64,000 nucleotides of DNA from Prochlorococcus sp. AG-679-M23 (GTDB taxonomy: Bacteria > Cyanobacteriota > Cyanobacteriia > PCC-6307 > Cyanobiaceae). Below are positions 40,015 to 51,810 of the stretch, in pieces (positions within the stretch are counted from its first letter, which is position 1; each line of letters opens with the position of its first letter). A model generated the notes under the pieces. That model worked only from the letters and a program-made list of their open reading frames with translations, was not told where the DNA came from and ran no database searches. The position numbers were made by a program, and so were the translations under genes. The stretch is taken from positions 32,001 to 96,000 of the forward strand of contig QCUR01000002.1 of the NCBI GenBank assembly GCA_003208875.1, in the 5' to 3' direction.

Positions 40015-41208
40015 TTAATTAGTTTTTATTGCTTTAGCCTGTTTTTTCGTCCAAGTTGAAATACAAGGAATTCTTTTTTTATCACATCTCATAGAGTATT
40101 TTTTAGCTACTTCAACAACTTCTTCTAATAAGCCATTATCAAGAGTGGTGGGATTAAGTCCCAATTCTATGAAGCATTTATTATCAACTATTAAATCATT
40201 TTCGACGGCTTCATTTCGAGGATTTGGTAAATAATTGATTTCGGCTCCAGTAAGAGAAGCAACTTTTTTAGCTAATTCGCCAACCTGGTGACTTTCTGTC
40301 ATTTGATTGAAAATTTTTACTCTTTCGCCAGATTGAGGAGGATTTTCTAGAGCTAGTTGGACGCATTTTACTGAATCTTTTATATGTATAAAAGCTCTTG
40401 TCTGTCCTCCTGTCCCATGAACAGTAAGGGGATATCCGATTGCTGCTTGCATAAGAAATCTATTTAGAACAGTACCGTAATCTCCGTCGTAATCGAATCT
40501 ATTTGTCAATCTTGGATCTTTTAATGTTGTTTTTGTATTTGTGCCCCAAACAATGCCTTGATGTAAATCTGTAATTCTAATTAAGTCGTTTTTATTGTAA
40601 TAAAGAAATAATAGTTGATCTAATGTCTTTGTCATATGATAAACGCTGCCAGGACTGGCGGGATGAAGAATTTCTTCTTCAAAACGACTTCCATCCGGTT
40701 GAGGTACTTCAACTTTTAAATAACCTTCAGGAATTGTTGCGCCTCTATGTGATCCATATCCATATACTCCCATGGTTCCTAAATGAACAATATGAATATC
40801 TAAATTACTTTCTACAATTGCTGCAAGTAAATTGTGAGTGCCATTCACATTATTATCAACTGTATACCTTTTGGTATAACTTGATTTCATTGAGTAAGGT
40901 GCAGCTCTTTGTTCAGCAAAATGTACAATAGAATCAGGTTTTTCTTCAATAAGTAAATTTAGTAATTTTTGATATTGTTTCGAAAGATCAATATTGATAA
41001 ATTTTATTGGTTTTCCACCGGTCTCTTCCCAGGCAGAAAGTCTTTCATTTATAGAAGAAATTGGGGTTAACGATTCCACTTCAAGATCAATATCTATTTT
41101 TCTGCGACTTAGGTTGTCAACTATAATTACTTCATGATTTTGTTCTGCTAAATTCACCGCACAAGGCCAACCGCAAAAACCATCTCCGCCAAGAACAATT
41201 ACTTTCAC
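40015..41208 (-). CDS. sqdB: UDP-sulfoquinovose synthase
   Basis: GGDGFCGW, HFAEQRAAPYSM, LGTMGVYG, YHMTK, RFDYDGDYGTVLNRF. Confidence 0.95.
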   Translation of the reverse strand: MKVIVLGGDGFCGWPCAVNLAEQNHEVIIVDNLSRRKIDIDLEVESLTPISSINERLSAWEETGGKPIKFINIDLSKQYQKLLNLLIEEKPDSIVHFAEQRAAPYSMKSSYTKRYTVDNNVNGTHNLLAAIVESNLDIHIVHLGTMGVYGYGSHRGATIPEGYLKVEVPQPDGSRFEEEILHPASPGSVYHMTKTLDQLLFLYYNKNDLIRITDLHQGIVWGTNTKTTLKDPRLTNRFDYDGDYGTVLNRFLMQAAIGYPLTVHGTGGQTRAFIHIKDSVKCVQLALENPPQSGERVKIFNQMTESHQVGELAKKVASLTGAEINYLPNPRNEAVENDLIVDNKCFIELGLNPTTLDNGLLEEVVEVAKKYSMRCDKKRIPCISTWTKKQAKAIKTN

Positions 41209-41374
41209 TCAAAACTCCAGAATTAAAATGTAATTTTATATTTATTAAATTACTACAAAGTGCTTCCAAAATGCGAAAAAAGATTATAAAAAGTTTCAAA
41301 TCTTTTTTCTTTAATTAATAAATTGGTTATTGTTGCAATTTTTTTAATATTAAAATTATTTTTTAAGAATCAAA

Positions 41375-42172
41375 TTACTTTATTGATATGTTTTTTTGAG
41401 GTGAACTAGCGCTTGCTAACTTCTGCTTCTCAATTCTTCCAGCTAAAAAAGCGTCCCTTCCTGCTTTCACACCATAATTCATCGCTTTAGCCATTTTTAA
41501 CGGGTTTTGAGCTAATGCGATAGCACTATTGATTAGAACTCCATCTGCTCCAAGTTCCATAGCCTGAGAAGCTTCACTAGGTACACCTATTCCGGCATCA
41601 ATTATTACTGGAATATTAGAATTTTCAATAATAATAGATATATTAGATAAATTTAAAAGGCCTTGTCCGGAGCCAATAGGTGACCCTAATGGCATCACAG
41701 TTGAACAACCTATCTCTTCTAACTTTTTAGCTAATATTGGATCAGCATTTATGTATGGAAGAACAATAAAATTTTTATTTATCAATATCTCAGCTGCTTT
41801 AAGGGTTTCAATAGGGTCAGGCAATAAATATTTCTTGTCAGGAATAACTTCTAATTTAACGAAATTATTTTCTTCTTGACCTGATAATTTGGCAAGTTCT
41901 CTTCCTAAAATTGCTATTCTTATTGCTTCTTCTGAATTGGCGCAACCAGCAGTATTAGGAAGCATCCAGAATTTTTTCCAGTCAATTTTTTCCAGTAAAT
42001 TTTCACCATTTTGATTATCTTGAATTCTTCTTACTGCGACAGTAACTATTTCAGATTCAGTATTCTCTAAACTATCTATCATTACTTCTGAAGACTTATA
42101 TTTTCCTGTACCAACCATCAACCTACTTGAGAAGCTTTTACCTCCAATTTGTAAAGATGAATCCTCTTTCAT
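41375..42172 (-). CDS. thiG: Thiazole synthase
   Basis: [39 protein letters not shown]. Confidence 0.96.
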   Translation of the reverse strand: MKEDSSLQIGGKSFSSRLMVGTGKYKSSEVMIDSLENTESEIVTVAVRRIQDNQNGENLLEKIDWKKFWMLPNTAGCANSEEAIRIAILGRELAKLSGQEENNFVKLEVIPDKKYLLPDPIETLKAAEILINKNFIVLPYINADPILAKKLEEIGCSTVMPLGSPIGSGQGLLNLSNISIIIENSNIPVIIDAGIGVPSEASQAMELGADGVLINSAIALAQNPLKMAKAMNYGVKAGRDAFLAGRIEKQKLASASSPQKNISIK

Positions 42173-42173
42173 T

Positions 42174-42731
42174 TTAAAATCCTTTATCTTTTATTCCTTT
42201 GTAAGGGGTGTATTTATTTCTTTTTTCAAGTTCTTTACTCTTTTTAATTGCTGTTTTGTTGTTTGGATCTATTACTAAAACTTTCTTATAAGTTGCATAT
42301 GCCAAATCATATTCCAGCAATCTTTGTTGTGCGGATGCAAGATTATTTAAAGCGACTGTATATCCAGGGAGTGATTTTATGGCAGAGTTATAGTGCTTGA
42401 TTGCTTTTTTAAATTCATTTTGCGCTGAATAAGAAAAACCTAGAGCATTTTCAATGATAGCTTTTGCTTCTTCAGGTTCATTATCATAAGATTCAACAGC
42501 TTTCAGAAAAGTCTTAGTTGCCTCTGCATATAACCTTTTTTTTATTTGGATAGAGCCAAATTCGTATAATTCAGAAGCTTTTGTTAGTGAATTTAAGCCT
42601 TTTTGCTCAAATTTTACTAAATTTAATTCTTCTTTTCTTGTCCTAAGAAATTGTCGAAATACAAAAATAGAGATTATTATAAGTACTATAAAAAGTATGA
42701 TCAAATAGGATTGAAAGGAAGATATTTCCAT
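42174..42731 (-). CDS. ycf37: TPR protein, Ycf37-like (PSI assembly)
   Basis: N-terminal TM helix followed by TPRs (NALGF, ALNNLA, DPNN); lies between rplT and thiG. Confidence 0.72.
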   Translation of the reverse strand: MEISSFQSYLIILFIVLIIISIFVFRQFLRTRKEELNLVKFEQKGLNSLTKASELYEFGSIQIKKRLYAEATKTFLKAVESYDNEPEEAKAIIENALGFSYSAQNEFKKAIKHYNSAIKSLPGYTVALNNLASAQQRLLEYDLAYATYKKVLVIDPNNKTAIKKSKELEKRNKYTPYKGIKDKGF

Positions 42732-42765
42732 TACTTATAATATATTGTTCACAATTTTTTTTAAT

Positions 42766-43113
42766 TTAATTGCTTACGGTAGAAACTATTTTTTCAAAAC
42801 ATTTTGGATCACTAAAAGCTAATTGTGCCAGCATTTTTCTATTGATAATTATGTCAGAGCTCTTCATACCATTAATTAATTTGCTGTAATTTGTGCCATT
42901 AATTCTTGCTGAGGCATTAATTCTTGAAATCCAAAGTCTTCTAAAATCTCTTTTTCTTCTTCTTCTATCTCTATAAGCATTGCAGAGAGCTTTCATTACT
43001 CTTTGATTTGCTGTTCTAAAAAGATTTTTGTTTCCTCCTCTGAAACCTTTTGCAAGGTTTAAGATTTTGTTTCTTCTTTTTCTGGCTATGTTGCCTCTTT
43101 TAACGCGTGCCAT
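42766..43113 (-). CDS. rplT: 50S ribosomal protein L20
   Basis: [34 protein letters not shown]. Confidence 0.98.
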   Translation of the reverse strand: MARVKRGNIARKRRNKILNLAKGFRGGNKNLFRTANQRVMKALCNAYRDRRRRKRDFRRLWISRINASARINGTNYSKLINGMKSSDIIINRKMLAQLAFSDPKCFEKIVSTVSN

Positions 43114-43143
43114 AAATCTATTTTAAAAGTAATTTGAATGCTC

Positions 43144-43341
43144 TTAAGCGTAGGGAATCATTAATTTTACATTATCAGCATCTCTTTCATCAACAACAGC
43201 TTTTGTTTTGAGATGTCTCTTCAATTTTGAGCTTTTGTGATCTAATAAATGATTATGGAAAGCCCTTCTTCTAGTAAATTTACCCGTAGCAGTAGCTTTA
43301 AATCTTTTAGCTGCTGATTTACGAGTTTTAAGTTTAGACAT
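43144..43341 (-). CDS. rpmI: 50S ribosomal protein L35
   Basis: [22 protein letters not shown]. Confidence 0.97.
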   Translation of the reverse strand: MSKLKTRKSAAKRFKATATGKFTRRRAFHNHLLDHKSSKLKRHLKTKAVVDERDADNVKLMIPYA

Positions 43342-43432
43342 TTCTCTTGATAATGTTTAATCTAAATAATCTAAACCTTTATATGCATTGGTGCAAATTA
43401 AAGTTTTGAATTAAATAAGGTATGTCGAACTT

Positions 43433-44971
43433 ATGTTGCGCAAATTGAACTTAAAGTGTCTGATTTATGTATGTTGGTTATTTAGTTCAACTTTGCCAAT
43501 ATTGACATTAAGTGGCTTTGCAGAAGAATCTTCAAAAATTAATCTTACTCAAGAATTAAAAAAAGGTAATTTTTTAATTGGATTAAAACAATACTTAGGA
43601 GCTAAGAGTGATAACTTTCCAGAAAAAAATAATATTACTTTTACTACAAAAAATGATTTCTTAAAACTCCATTCTAGTAATGGTGTAAAACACAAATCCA
43701 AAAAAATAAATATTGTTTTGAAGAAAAAAACCTTGAAAACCCCTTTTACTGTTGAAAGATTAGTATTTGGTCCATTCGCAAGCTATGAATCTGCACAAAA
43801 GCAAGCTGAAAAATTAAAAGAAAAAGGTTATCAAGCTCTAGTTGCCTTTCCAAACAATTGGGAAGTTTGGATTCCAGTTGGTAAAAATCTTCCTGATAAA
43901 AAACTAAACTATAGACTATTTAAAAAATCCTACAAGTCAACAATTACCCCTTTTCTTGTTACTGAGTACTCGCAACGTGAACTCCAAGGGCCGATATATA
44001 TATATTCATCTAAAGAGATACGAATTAATGATATCAATTTTGGTAAAAAGTTTTATTTAGCTAAAGATTCTTATGGAACTTGGACGTTGATCCAGAAAAT
44101 CAAATTTGATGATTACTTAAAAGGTGTTCTACCACATGAAATTGGTTCAAATTCACCTTTAGAAGCATTGAAAGCACAAGCAGTAATAGCGAGAACTTGG
44201 GCACTTTATAATTCCAATAGATTTAAAATCGATAAATATCATTTGTGTATAACTACTCAATGCCAAGTTTATAAACCTCCTGTGATTAAATATAAAAATG
44301 TACATAAAGCGATAGAAGATACTTCAAATTTAATAATCACTTATAAAAAGAAACCAATTAATTCCTTTTATCATGGATCTAATGGAGGTATATCAGCTCG
44401 TGCAAGCGAATCTTGGCAAATAAAAGATTATCGTTATCTCAGTTCAATGATTGATGGTTTAGGTTCTTTAAAAAAAGCTTTTAAGCTTCCAATTAAAAAT
44501 GGTGATGAATTAAATAAATTCCTCGAGTTTGCAGATGAGAAAGTTTATGGTAAGAAACATTCTCTTTTTCGATGGGAGAAAACACTTTCTAATGAGACGA
44601 TTCAAAATCATCTATTAAATAATCAATTAATTGATGAGAAATCAGATTTGGTTGATCTAAATATTATTGATAGAGGTTTCAGTGGAAGAGTAATAAAATT
44701 AGAAATTAAGCTAAAAAATTTAAAGAGACCAATAATTCTCGTGAAAGATGATATCCGTCGAATATTGAGTTTTTTGCCGAGTAATTTATTTACTATTAAT
44801 AAATTAAATGATAATCTTTGGCTTTTTAAAGGAGGAGGCTTCGGTCATGGTGTAGGTTTATCTCAATCAGGAGCGATAGAAATGGCTGAATTAGGCTTTA
44901 CTTATGAACAAATATTGAAGCATTATTATAAGGGAACAAAAATTAAAAAAATTGAGATATTGTCTCAATAA
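43433..44971 (+). CDS. SpoIID/LytB domain protein
   Basis: Signal-like N-terminus; SPOR-like GPFASYESA; YLKGVLPHEI, EALKAQAVIART, CQVY, GGGFGHGVGLSQ. Confidence 0.9.
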   Translation: MLRKLNLKCLIYVCWLFSSTLPILTLSGFAEESSKINLTQELKKGNFLIGLKQYLGAKSDNFPEKNNITFTTKNDFLKLHSSNGVKHKSKKINIVLKKKTLKTPFTVERLVFGPFASYESAQKQAEKLKEKGYQALVAFPNNWEVWIPVGKNLPDKKLNYRLFKKSYKSTITPFLVTEYSQRELQGPIYIYSSKEIRINDINFGKKFYLAKDSYGTWTLIQKIKFDDYLKGVLPHEIGSNSPLEALKAQAVIARTWALYNSNRFKIDKYHLCITTQCQVYKPPVIKYKNVHKAIEDTSNLIITYKKKPINSFYHGSNGGISARASESWQIKDYRYLSSMIDGLGSLKKAFKLPIKNGDELNKFLEFADEKVYGKKHSLFRWEKTLSNETIQNHLLNNQLIDEKSDLVDLNIIDRGFSGRVIKLEIKLKNLKRPIILVKDDIRRILSFLPSNLFTINKLNDNLWLFKGGGFGHGVGLSQSGAIEMAELGFTYEQILKHYYKGTKIKKIEILSQ

Positions 44972-44999
44972 TTAAAATAAAAATTATAAGTTGGAATTT

Positions 45000-46301
45000 A
45001 TGAGTAATGGTTTTTATAAAAATCGAAGATTAAAATCATTTTTATTTTTTGCTGTTTGTTTATTAATAAGTACCATTCCTCATATCTTTCAATTCAAACA
45101 TTTTCCATTTTTTACAATAACGATTTCTGTTTTAGTTGCTTGTTATGGATTAAATGTGATTTCAAAAAACTTAAAAAGAAGTGTTTTTTTACAAAATAAC
45201 GAAAAGATACTAAGTGATGATGAATTACCTGCTCTCGATATTTTAGTTGCTGCCAGAGATGAAGAAAATGTTATTGAAAGATTAGTTAAAAGATTATTTA
45301 ATTTAGATTATCCAATTAATAAATTAAATATTTATGTGATTGATGATGGTAGTTCTGATAAGACTCCATTAATTTTGGAAAGGTTATCTAAAGAGTTTGA
45401 TAAATTAAAAATTATTACTAGATCTGCAAATGCTGGAGGTGGTAAATCAGGAGCATTAAATTATGCTTTAAAGTTTACACACGGAGAATGGCTATTAATA
45501 TTAGATGCTGATGCCCAATTAAAAAATGATACTCTACCAAGACTATTTAAATTCGTTGATGAGGGATCTTGGTCAGCAGTGCAATTAAGAAAATCCGTCA
45601 TCAATGTAAGCAAGAATTTTTTAACTACTTGTCAGTCTATGGAAATGGCAATGGATGCAATTTTTCAATATGGGCGATTATCTGTTGCGGGAGTATCTGA
45701 ATTGAGAGGTAATGGTCAATTAATTAATAAAGCAGTTCTACTTAAATGTGGATCGTTTAATGAAGATACAGTTACTGATGACTTGGATTTAAGCCTTAGG
45801 CTGTTACTTTCTAAAGCAAAAATTGGGATTCTATGGGATCCTCCTGTTATGGAAGAAGCAGTTGAAAATATATCTGCTCTATTTTCACAGAGACAAAGAT
45901 GGGCTGAAGGAGGTTTGCAAAGATTTTTTGATTATGGCGAGCAATTATTTTCAAAAAAAATTGAACTTATTCAAAAGTTTGATTTAACCTTTTTCTTTAT
46001 CTTGCAATATGCCTTGCCTATTATTTCTTTGATTGATTTGATTTTAAGTGTTGCTCTAAAGGAATCACCCAGTTATTGGCCAATCTCCATAACAGCATTT
46101 ACTTTGTCGGGAATTGCAGTTTGGTATGGCTCTTCATGCAAGAGTGAAGGTCCAGTTTTACAAAATCTCAATTTGATGATGATGTTAGTTTCTCTTGTAT
46201 ATCTATCTCATTGGTTTTTAGTCATACCATGGGTAACAATAAAAATGTCTATTTTTCCTAAAAAGATTCTCTGGAAGAAAACACTTCATACCGGTGTTTA
46301 A
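45000..46301 (+). CDS. Membrane GT2 glycosyltransferase, probable monoglucosyldiacylglycerol synthase (MgdA-like)
   Basis: ARDEE, DDGSSD, GGKSGALN, DAD, ELRGNGQ, TDDLD, QRQRWAEGG; TM segments at both ends. The MgdA assignment is an inference. Confidence 0.8.
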   Translation: MSNGFYKNRRLKSFLFFAVCLLISTIPHIFQFKHFPFFTITISVLVACYGLNVISKNLKRSVFLQNNEKILSDDELPALDILVAARDEENVIERLVKRLFNLDYPINKLNIYVIDDGSSDKTPLILERLSKEFDKLKIITRSANAGGGKSGALNYALKFTHGEWLLILDADAQLKNDTLPRLFKFVDEGSWSAVQLRKSVINVSKNFLTTCQSMEMAMDAIFQYGRLSVAGVSELRGNGQLINKAVLLKCGSFNEDTVTDDLDLSLRLLLSKAKIGILWDPPVMEEAVENISALFSQRQRWAEGGLQRFFDYGEQLFSKKIELIQKFDLTFFFILQYALPIISLIDLILSVALKESPSYWPISITAFTLSGIAVWYGSSCKSEGPVLQNLNLMMMLVSLVYLSHWFLVIPWVTIKMSIFPKKILWKKTLHTGV

Positions 46302-46302
46302 G

Positions 46303-48042
46303 TTATTCATCTAAATCAATAATTTCTCCGTTAAAAAAATTTGCTAAATTTTTGGAACTATTATCATAGGATTCTGGTTGAGGTTTATTAGTTGTGGAGG
46401 GCGAATTTTGAAAAACAGTGCTTTGCCTTTCCTTGTTTTCATTTGATTTCTTAATTACTCTCTCTTGTAATTTTGAAGTATCTTTAATATTAATTTTTTT
46501 GCTAGAAAAGTTAAGTTTTACTTTATCCCCAAATACTTTTTTTATAGCATTCTCAATTATTACTTTTCGACTTTTGATCATATTTTCCCAGTTAGGAGAT
46601 AATGTTATTAAAACTTCATTTGAATCAATACTGGCAAGTTCTGCTTGCTGAGAAAGTAACATTTTTGTTGATGGCAATTCTAATTTAGAAAGAATTAGCT
46701 CCCACTTTTCTTTTAAATAATCATCTTGATTATCATTTTTAGAATTTTGGTTAATATCTTGATTATTAATTAATTCTTTCTTATTGAAATCTTCTGATTC
46801 ATTTTGGTTGTTATTTTCTTCTGAGATAACTTGTTTATTAATTAATTTTTTCTTATTGAAATCTTCTGATTCAGTTTGGTTATTATTATATTCTGGAGTA
46901 ACTTGATTATTAACTAATTCTTTCTTATTAACTATTGTTTGAATGATATTTTCTTCAAGAAGACTTGTTAGGTGTATTTCTAACCATAATCTCGGATTGT
47001 CGCTTGTTTTGATTTGATAATCAACATTCTTAAGCTTTTTATGCCAGTCAATAATTCTGTTTTTACTAATGTTGTTGGAAAATTTATTTAATTCATTTTG
47101 AAATTCAATAGATGTATAATAAATTTCTGAATAATTATTATTTAAAGTTTTAAGTAAAAGGTCTCTAGTAATATTTAATAAACCAACTAATATCTCATTT
47201 GGTTCATTTCCTGCATCATATAAATTATTACAACTAATTAATAACGACTCTGGTTCATTATTAATTAATGCGTTGATTAAATTAGTTAAATCATTTTCGG
47301 ATACTTCTCCCAGCAAGTTTTGAACATTTTTAGTAGTTACGCCATCAGGAAGAAGACTTAATTGATCTAGTAAACTTTGTGCATCGCGCATTCCACCATT
47401 AGATCTTTTTGCAATTAATTTAAGAGCTTGATCTTCAAATTTAATTGATTCTTTATTTGCTATTACAGAAAGGTTGTGGAAGATAGTATTTGAGCTGATT
47501 CTTTTAAAATCAAATTTCTGACATCTACTTTGAATGGTATTTATGACTCTTTCAGGATTTGTTGTTGCAAGAATAAAAACAACTTTTTCAGGAGGTTCTT
47601 CAATAGTTTTGAGTAAAGCATTTGATGCAGCTGTTGAAAGCATATGACATTCATCAATAACATATACTTTCCATCTTGCTTGAGTAGGAGCAAATCTTGC
47701 TCTATCAATTATTTCTCTTATATTTTCAACTCCAGTATTAGATGCGGCATCAATTTCAATAATATCTAGGGCATTACCATCGGCAATTTGTATGCATAAG
47801 TCGCATTTCCCACATGGATTTGGTGTAGGTTGTTCAGATGATAGGCAATTTAATGATTTTGCAAATATTCTTGCACTTGATGTTTTCCCTGTCCCTCTAG
47901 GTCCATTAAAGAGATAAGCGGGGGCAATTTTTTGAGATATTAATGCTTGTTTAAGAGTGATTGATATAAATTCTTGACCAACCAGCTCATCAAGGTTATG
48001 AGGCCTGTATTTCTGATGAAAAGGTTTATGTGTATTGAGCAT
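46303..48042 (-). CDS. dnaX: DNA polymerase III subunit gamma/tau
   Basis: KYRP, GPRGTGKT, Cys cluster, EIDAAS, IDECHML, SRC, GGMRDA. Confidence 0.97.
   Translation of the reverse strand: MLNTHKPFHQKYRPHNLDELVGQEFISITLKQALISQKIAPAYLFNGPRGTGKTSSARIFAKSLNCLSSEQPTPNPCGKCDLCIQIADGNALDIIEIDAASNTGVENIREIIDRARFAPTQARWKVYVIDECHMLSTAASNALLKTIEEPPEKVVFILATTNPERVINTIQSRCQKFDFKRISSNTIFHNLSVIANKESIKFEDQALKLIAKRSNGGMRDAQSLLDQLSLLPDGVTTKNVQNLLGEVSENDLTNLINALINNEPESLLISCNNLYDAGNEPNEILVGLLNITRDLLLKTLNNNYSEIYYTSIEFQNELNKFSNNISKNRIIDWHKKLKNVDYQIKTSDNPRLWLEIHLTSLLEENIIQTIVNKKELVNNQVTPEYNNNQTESEDFNKKKLINKQVISEENNNQNESEDFNKKELINNQDINQNSKNDNQDDYLKEKWELILSKLELPSTKMLLSQQAELASIDSNEVLITLSPNWENMIKSRKVIIENAIKKVFGDKVKLNFSSKKINIKDTSKLQERVIKKSNENKERQSTVFQNSPSTTNKPQPESYDNSSKNLANFFNGEIIDLDE
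46759..46929. repeat. 72-bp imperfect tandem repeat (about 2.4 copies) inside dnaX
   Basis: Units start at 46759, 46831 and 46903 and share ttg.ttattaa.taatt.tttcttatt; the first two units continue gaaatcttctgattca.tttggtt. Confidence 0.9.
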
Positions 48043-48099
48043 TTATTATTTTTAATTACATGATTAAAGTAGAATTGTGAGAAACGATAACCTTAATTT

Positions 48100-49467
48100 T
48101 TATGCAGATTCTTTAATAATCCTTTGAGTTCCTGCAGGAAGTTTAACAATTTTAGACAAGAACAGTTTGTCTACCATTTTTTTCGTAATAGTGAACTCTT
48201 TAACTTCTTCTTGTGATGGAAGTGTATACATCAAATCAAGCATTAATTCTTCAATTATTGATCTAAGAGCTCTAGCTCCCGTTTTTCTTTTAAAAGCTTC
48301 ATTAGCAATTGCTTCCACAGATTCTGGTTCAAAATTTAATTCAACGTTATCCATACTCAATAAAGTTTTAAATTGCTTTACTAGTGCATCTCTTGGTTCT
48401 GTCAGAATTGATTCAAGAATTTCTTTAGTAAGACGATCTAATACTGCGCATACAGGAATTCTTCCGATGAATTCTGGAATTAATCCATATTTGACTAGAT
48501 CATCTAGTTCCAAATTATTGAGAGCATCTCGAGAATCAACTATTTTTTTTGCATTTATTTTGCTTTCGTCAGGGTTGGTAGTAAATCCAATTGAATTTTT
48601 CCCTAAACGTTTTTGAACAATATCCTCTAAACCTATAAATGCACCTCCACATATAAATAAAATCTGACTTGTATCGATTTGAATACAGTCATGATTAGGG
48701 TGTTTTCTTCCTCCTTGTGGTGGAACATTGGCAATTGTTCCTTCAAGCATTTTTAATAATGCTTGTTGAACTCCTTCTCCCGATACATCTCTTGTTATTG
48801 ATGGGTTTTCACTCTTTCTAGCGATCTTATCTATTTCATCAATGTATATGATCCCCTTTTGAGCTAAATCCACATTCATTTCTGATTTTTGTAGAAGTCT
48901 CAAAAGGATATTTTCAACATCCTCGCCAACATATCCAGCTTCAGTAAGACTTGTTGCATCAGCTACTGCAAAAGGAACATCAAGAAATTCAGCTAAAGTT
49001 TGTGCTAATAACGTTTTACCACTTCCAGTTGGGCCAATTAGTAAGATGTTTGATTTTTGTAGTTTAGTTGCTTGTAAATCATTAGGATTATTATCTTTAT
49101 TTTCTTCTTTTAATCTCCAAGCTAGTCTTTTATAGTGATTATAAACAGCAACTGATAGTATTTTTTTTGCAGATTCTTGACCTACAACCTGATTATCAAG
49201 AAAAGTTTTAATTTCAAGTGGTTTGGGGATAGAAGTTAATTCTAATGGAATAGATTTATCAGAATTATTAGTTGATAATTTTTTCTTTACTTGTGGTGAG
49301 TTATTGATTTTTGCTTGAGTATCAATTAATTCTTCATCGAGTATTTCATTGCAAAGGTCTATGCATTCATCACAAATGTAAACCCCCGGACCAGCTATAA
49401 GTTTTCTAACTTGATCTTGTGATTTACCACAAAAAGAACATTTTAGATGGGCGTCGAATTTAGCCAT
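48100..49467 (-). CDS. clpX: ATP-dependent Clp protease ATPase subunit ClpX
   Basis: CSFC...CDEC zinc domain, [22 protein letters not shown] loop. Confidence 0.98.
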   Translation of the reverse strand: MAKFDAHLKCSFCGKSQDQVRKLIAGPGVYICDECIDLCNEILDEELIDTQAKINNSPQVKKKLSTNNSDKSIPLELTSIPKPLEIKTFLDNQVVGQESAKKILSVAVYNHYKRLAWRLKEENKDNNPNDLQATKLQKSNILLIGPTGSGKTLLAQTLAEFLDVPFAVADATSLTEAGYVGEDVENILLRLLQKSEMNVDLAQKGIIYIDEIDKIARKSENPSITRDVSGEGVQQALLKMLEGTIANVPPQGGRKHPNHDCIQIDTSQILFICGGAFIGLEDIVQKRLGKNSIGFTTNPDESKINAKKIVDSRDALNNLELDDLVKYGLIPEFIGRIPVCAVLDRLTKEILESILTEPRDALVKQFKTLLSMDNVELNFEPESVEAIANEAFKRKTGARALRSIIEELMLDLMYTLPSQEEVKEFTITKKMVDKLFLSKIVKLPAGTQRIIKESA

Positions 49468-49569
49468 CGATTAACAAAGCTTGTATAGAATAAAGAAGGT
49501 AGAATATCCCTTACTTATTAGGATTGCTTATAAAATTGGATTCGTCATCATATTCTTAAAATATTCCTT

Positions 49570-50220
49570 TTACTTGTCATTTTTTATGACTTTATCAATT
49601 AGTCCATATTCAACTGCTTCTGCAGGTGATAGAAAATAGTCTCTTTCAGTATCTTCATTAATTTTTTCTAAAGATTGATTAGTATGTTCTGCTAAAAGAG
49701 AATTTAATGTTTTTTTGAGAAAAAGTATTTCTTTTGCTTGTATCTCAATTTCAACTGCTTGGCCTTGAGCACCTCCAAGTGGCTGATGAATCATTATTCT
49801 CGAATTAGGTAAAGCTAACCTTTTTCCTTTTGCCCCCCCACTAAGGAGAAATGCCCCCATACTTGCAGCTACACCAAAACAGATTGTTACAACGTCTGGA
49901 GAGATTTGCTGCATCGTATCGTATATAGCTAATCCAGCAGTAACAGAACCACCGGGAGAATTTATATATATTTGTATGTCTTTGTCAGGATCTTCTGCTT
50001 CAAGAAATAATAATTGTGCAACTAATGAATCTGATACTTGATCGTTAATCCCGGTACCTAAAAATATTATCCTTTCCCTTAATAATCTTGAATATATATC
50101 AAATGCTCTCTCTCCTCTTCCAGATTGTTCTACTACAGTAGGAACAGCAGATCTTGAGTTGTCAATAATATCGTGAAAATTTATTGAACTTTGAATTAAA
50201 TGTTTTTTTTCAGAATACAC
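49570..50220 (-). CDS. clpP: Clp protease proteolytic subunit
   Basis: [32 protein letters not shown]. Confidence 0.97.
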   Translation of the reverse strand: MYSEKKHLIQSSINFHDIIDNSRSAVPTVVEQSGRGERAFDIYSRLLRERIIFLGTGINDQVSDSLVAQLLFLEAEDPDKDIQIYINSPGGSVTAGLAIYDTMQQISPDVVTICFGVAASMGAFLLSGGAKGKRLALPNSRIMIHQPLGGAQGQAVEIEIQAKEILFLKKTLNSLLAEHTNQSLEKINEDTERDYFLSPAEAVEYGLIDKVIKNDK

Positions 50221-50285
50221 TTAGTTGGTCTCTTTCTTTATCTAATTTAAGGGTTTTTTTGCTGATTAGTTAAATTTTTTATAAA

Positions 50286-51683
50286 TTAATTTTTTTCTTT
50301 TTTATTTACCTTGGGTTTACTTTTAGTTTGAACTCCTTTTTTTGCAGTTGATTTTATTGTTTTTTCACTTATTTCTTTTACTTCTGAATTTTCTTCAAGC
50401 CAAGTGATTAACTTTTCTTTTAGGAGATCGTTACGAACTACATCTTTTAATTTCTGAATGTCAATTTGTTTGGGTGATTGAGAAATTTCATCTTCATATT
50501 CCTTCATTTTTTGATCTATTTCTTTATCCTCGACTGTAATTTGTTCTCTTTGTGATAATGCTTTTAAAGCTAAATTTCTTTGAACATTCTTTTCAGCTTG
50601 AGGACGAGTTGATTCGGCTAAAGATTTAACTAGTTCTGGAGTGAAAGTTGATTTAATATCCATGCCTTGTTGAGCAAATCTTTGCGCCGTTTGTTCAATA
50701 TTATTTTGAACCTCAATATCAATCATTGCTTTTGGAATCTCAGCATCTAATTCTTTGGATAGTGCATCCATTAAAGCTTCAATTTTAATATTTTTTTGAG
50801 TATTATCAAAATTCTCCTTTAGTTGTATTTCTATATCTTTTTTTAGTTCTTTTAATGAATCTTTATTTCCAGATTGTTTTGCAAAATCATCATTAAGTTC
50901 TGGCAATTCTTTTTCTTTAAGATCTTTCAGGGTTACTTCAAAGATTGCTTCTTTACCTCTGGAATCTTCATGAGAATAGTCTTCAGGAAATTTTAGATTA
51001 AGAGTTTTATTATCATCAATTTTCATACCAACAATTCCCTCAACGAAGCCTGGAATCATTTTGTTCTTTTCTAATTCAAGATCCATTGAATCACTAGATC
51101 CCCCGTCGATTTCTTTTTTGGAATCTTTGTAAATGCCTTTGAAACTAACTACTGCGATGTCTCCTAACTTAGCGGGCCTATTATTAACTGGAATAATATT
51201 TGCTAATTGATTTCTTGACTTTTCTAAAGCTTCATCTATAGATTTAGGATCAAATTTACTTTTTTTAATCTCAACTGATAATCCTTTAGATTTTTTTAAT
51301 TTTAATTCCGGCGCGACATCAGTTTGTAGAGTAATTTTTAAAGGTTTTTCTGGACTAAAATTTTTAAGTATTGATTCAAATCCATCAATTAATTCTGGTT
51401 CACTTAGTGGCTCTATTGATTCCATCTTTAAAGCCTGGTTCCAAGATTTATCAATTATTTTTTCTAGGGCAGAGGCATGTAGTTGAGTGATTCCGATTCG
51501 TTGTATTAACACTTGTTTAGGGATTTTCCCAAGCCTAAATCCAGGAATTTTGGCTGAACGACTAATTGAATTTATTGTCTCATTTACGCATGATTTGCAT
51601 GTATCAGATGGTATTTCTAATTCAAGCGCAATTCTACTTTGAGGTAGTGTGATCGTTTTTACTATTAATGCTTCTTTAATCAT
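50286..51683 (-). CDS. tig: Trigger factor
   Basis: IPGFRLGKIP ribosome-binding motif, FKBP MIPGF and FPEDY; tig-clpP-clpX order. Confidence 0.95.
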   Translation of the reverse strand: MIKEALIVKTITLPQSRIALELEIPSDTCKSCVNETINSISRSAKIPGFRLGKIPKQVLIQRIGITQLHASALEKIIDKSWNQALKMESIEPLSEPELIDGFESILKNFSPEKPLKITLQTDVAPELKLKKSKGLSVEIKKSKFDPKSIDEALEKSRNQLANIIPVNNRPAKLGDIAVVSFKGIYKDSKKEIDGGSSDSMDLELEKNKMIPGFVEGIVGMKIDDNKTLNLKFPEDYSHEDSRGKEAIFEVTLKDLKEKELPELNDDFAKQSGNKDSLKELKKDIEIQLKENFDNTQKNIKIEALMDALSKELDAEIPKAMIDIEVQNNIEQTAQRFAQQGMDIKSTFTPELVKSLAESTRPQAEKNVQRNLALKALSQREQITVEDKEIDQKMKEYEDEISQSPKQIDIQKLKDVVRNDLLKEKLITWLEENSEVKEISEKTIKSTAKKGVQTKSKPKVNKKEKN

Positions 51684-51810
51684 GTTTGAGTTTTTTAAAT
51701 TATTTCAATAAGCAGAAACTTAATTATTCCACATTAAGTGATTTCCTTGAAGTTAACTTTTTTGATAAAGTAAGAAAAATATTAAATTTCATAATTTTTC
51801 AATTTGTATA

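Noticed and set aside
46480..46870. Programmed -1 frameshift producing a gamma subunit from dnaX
   Set aside because: A-runs exist, but I saw no correctly phased A_AAA_AAG with a downstream hairpin, and A-runs are ubiquitous here.
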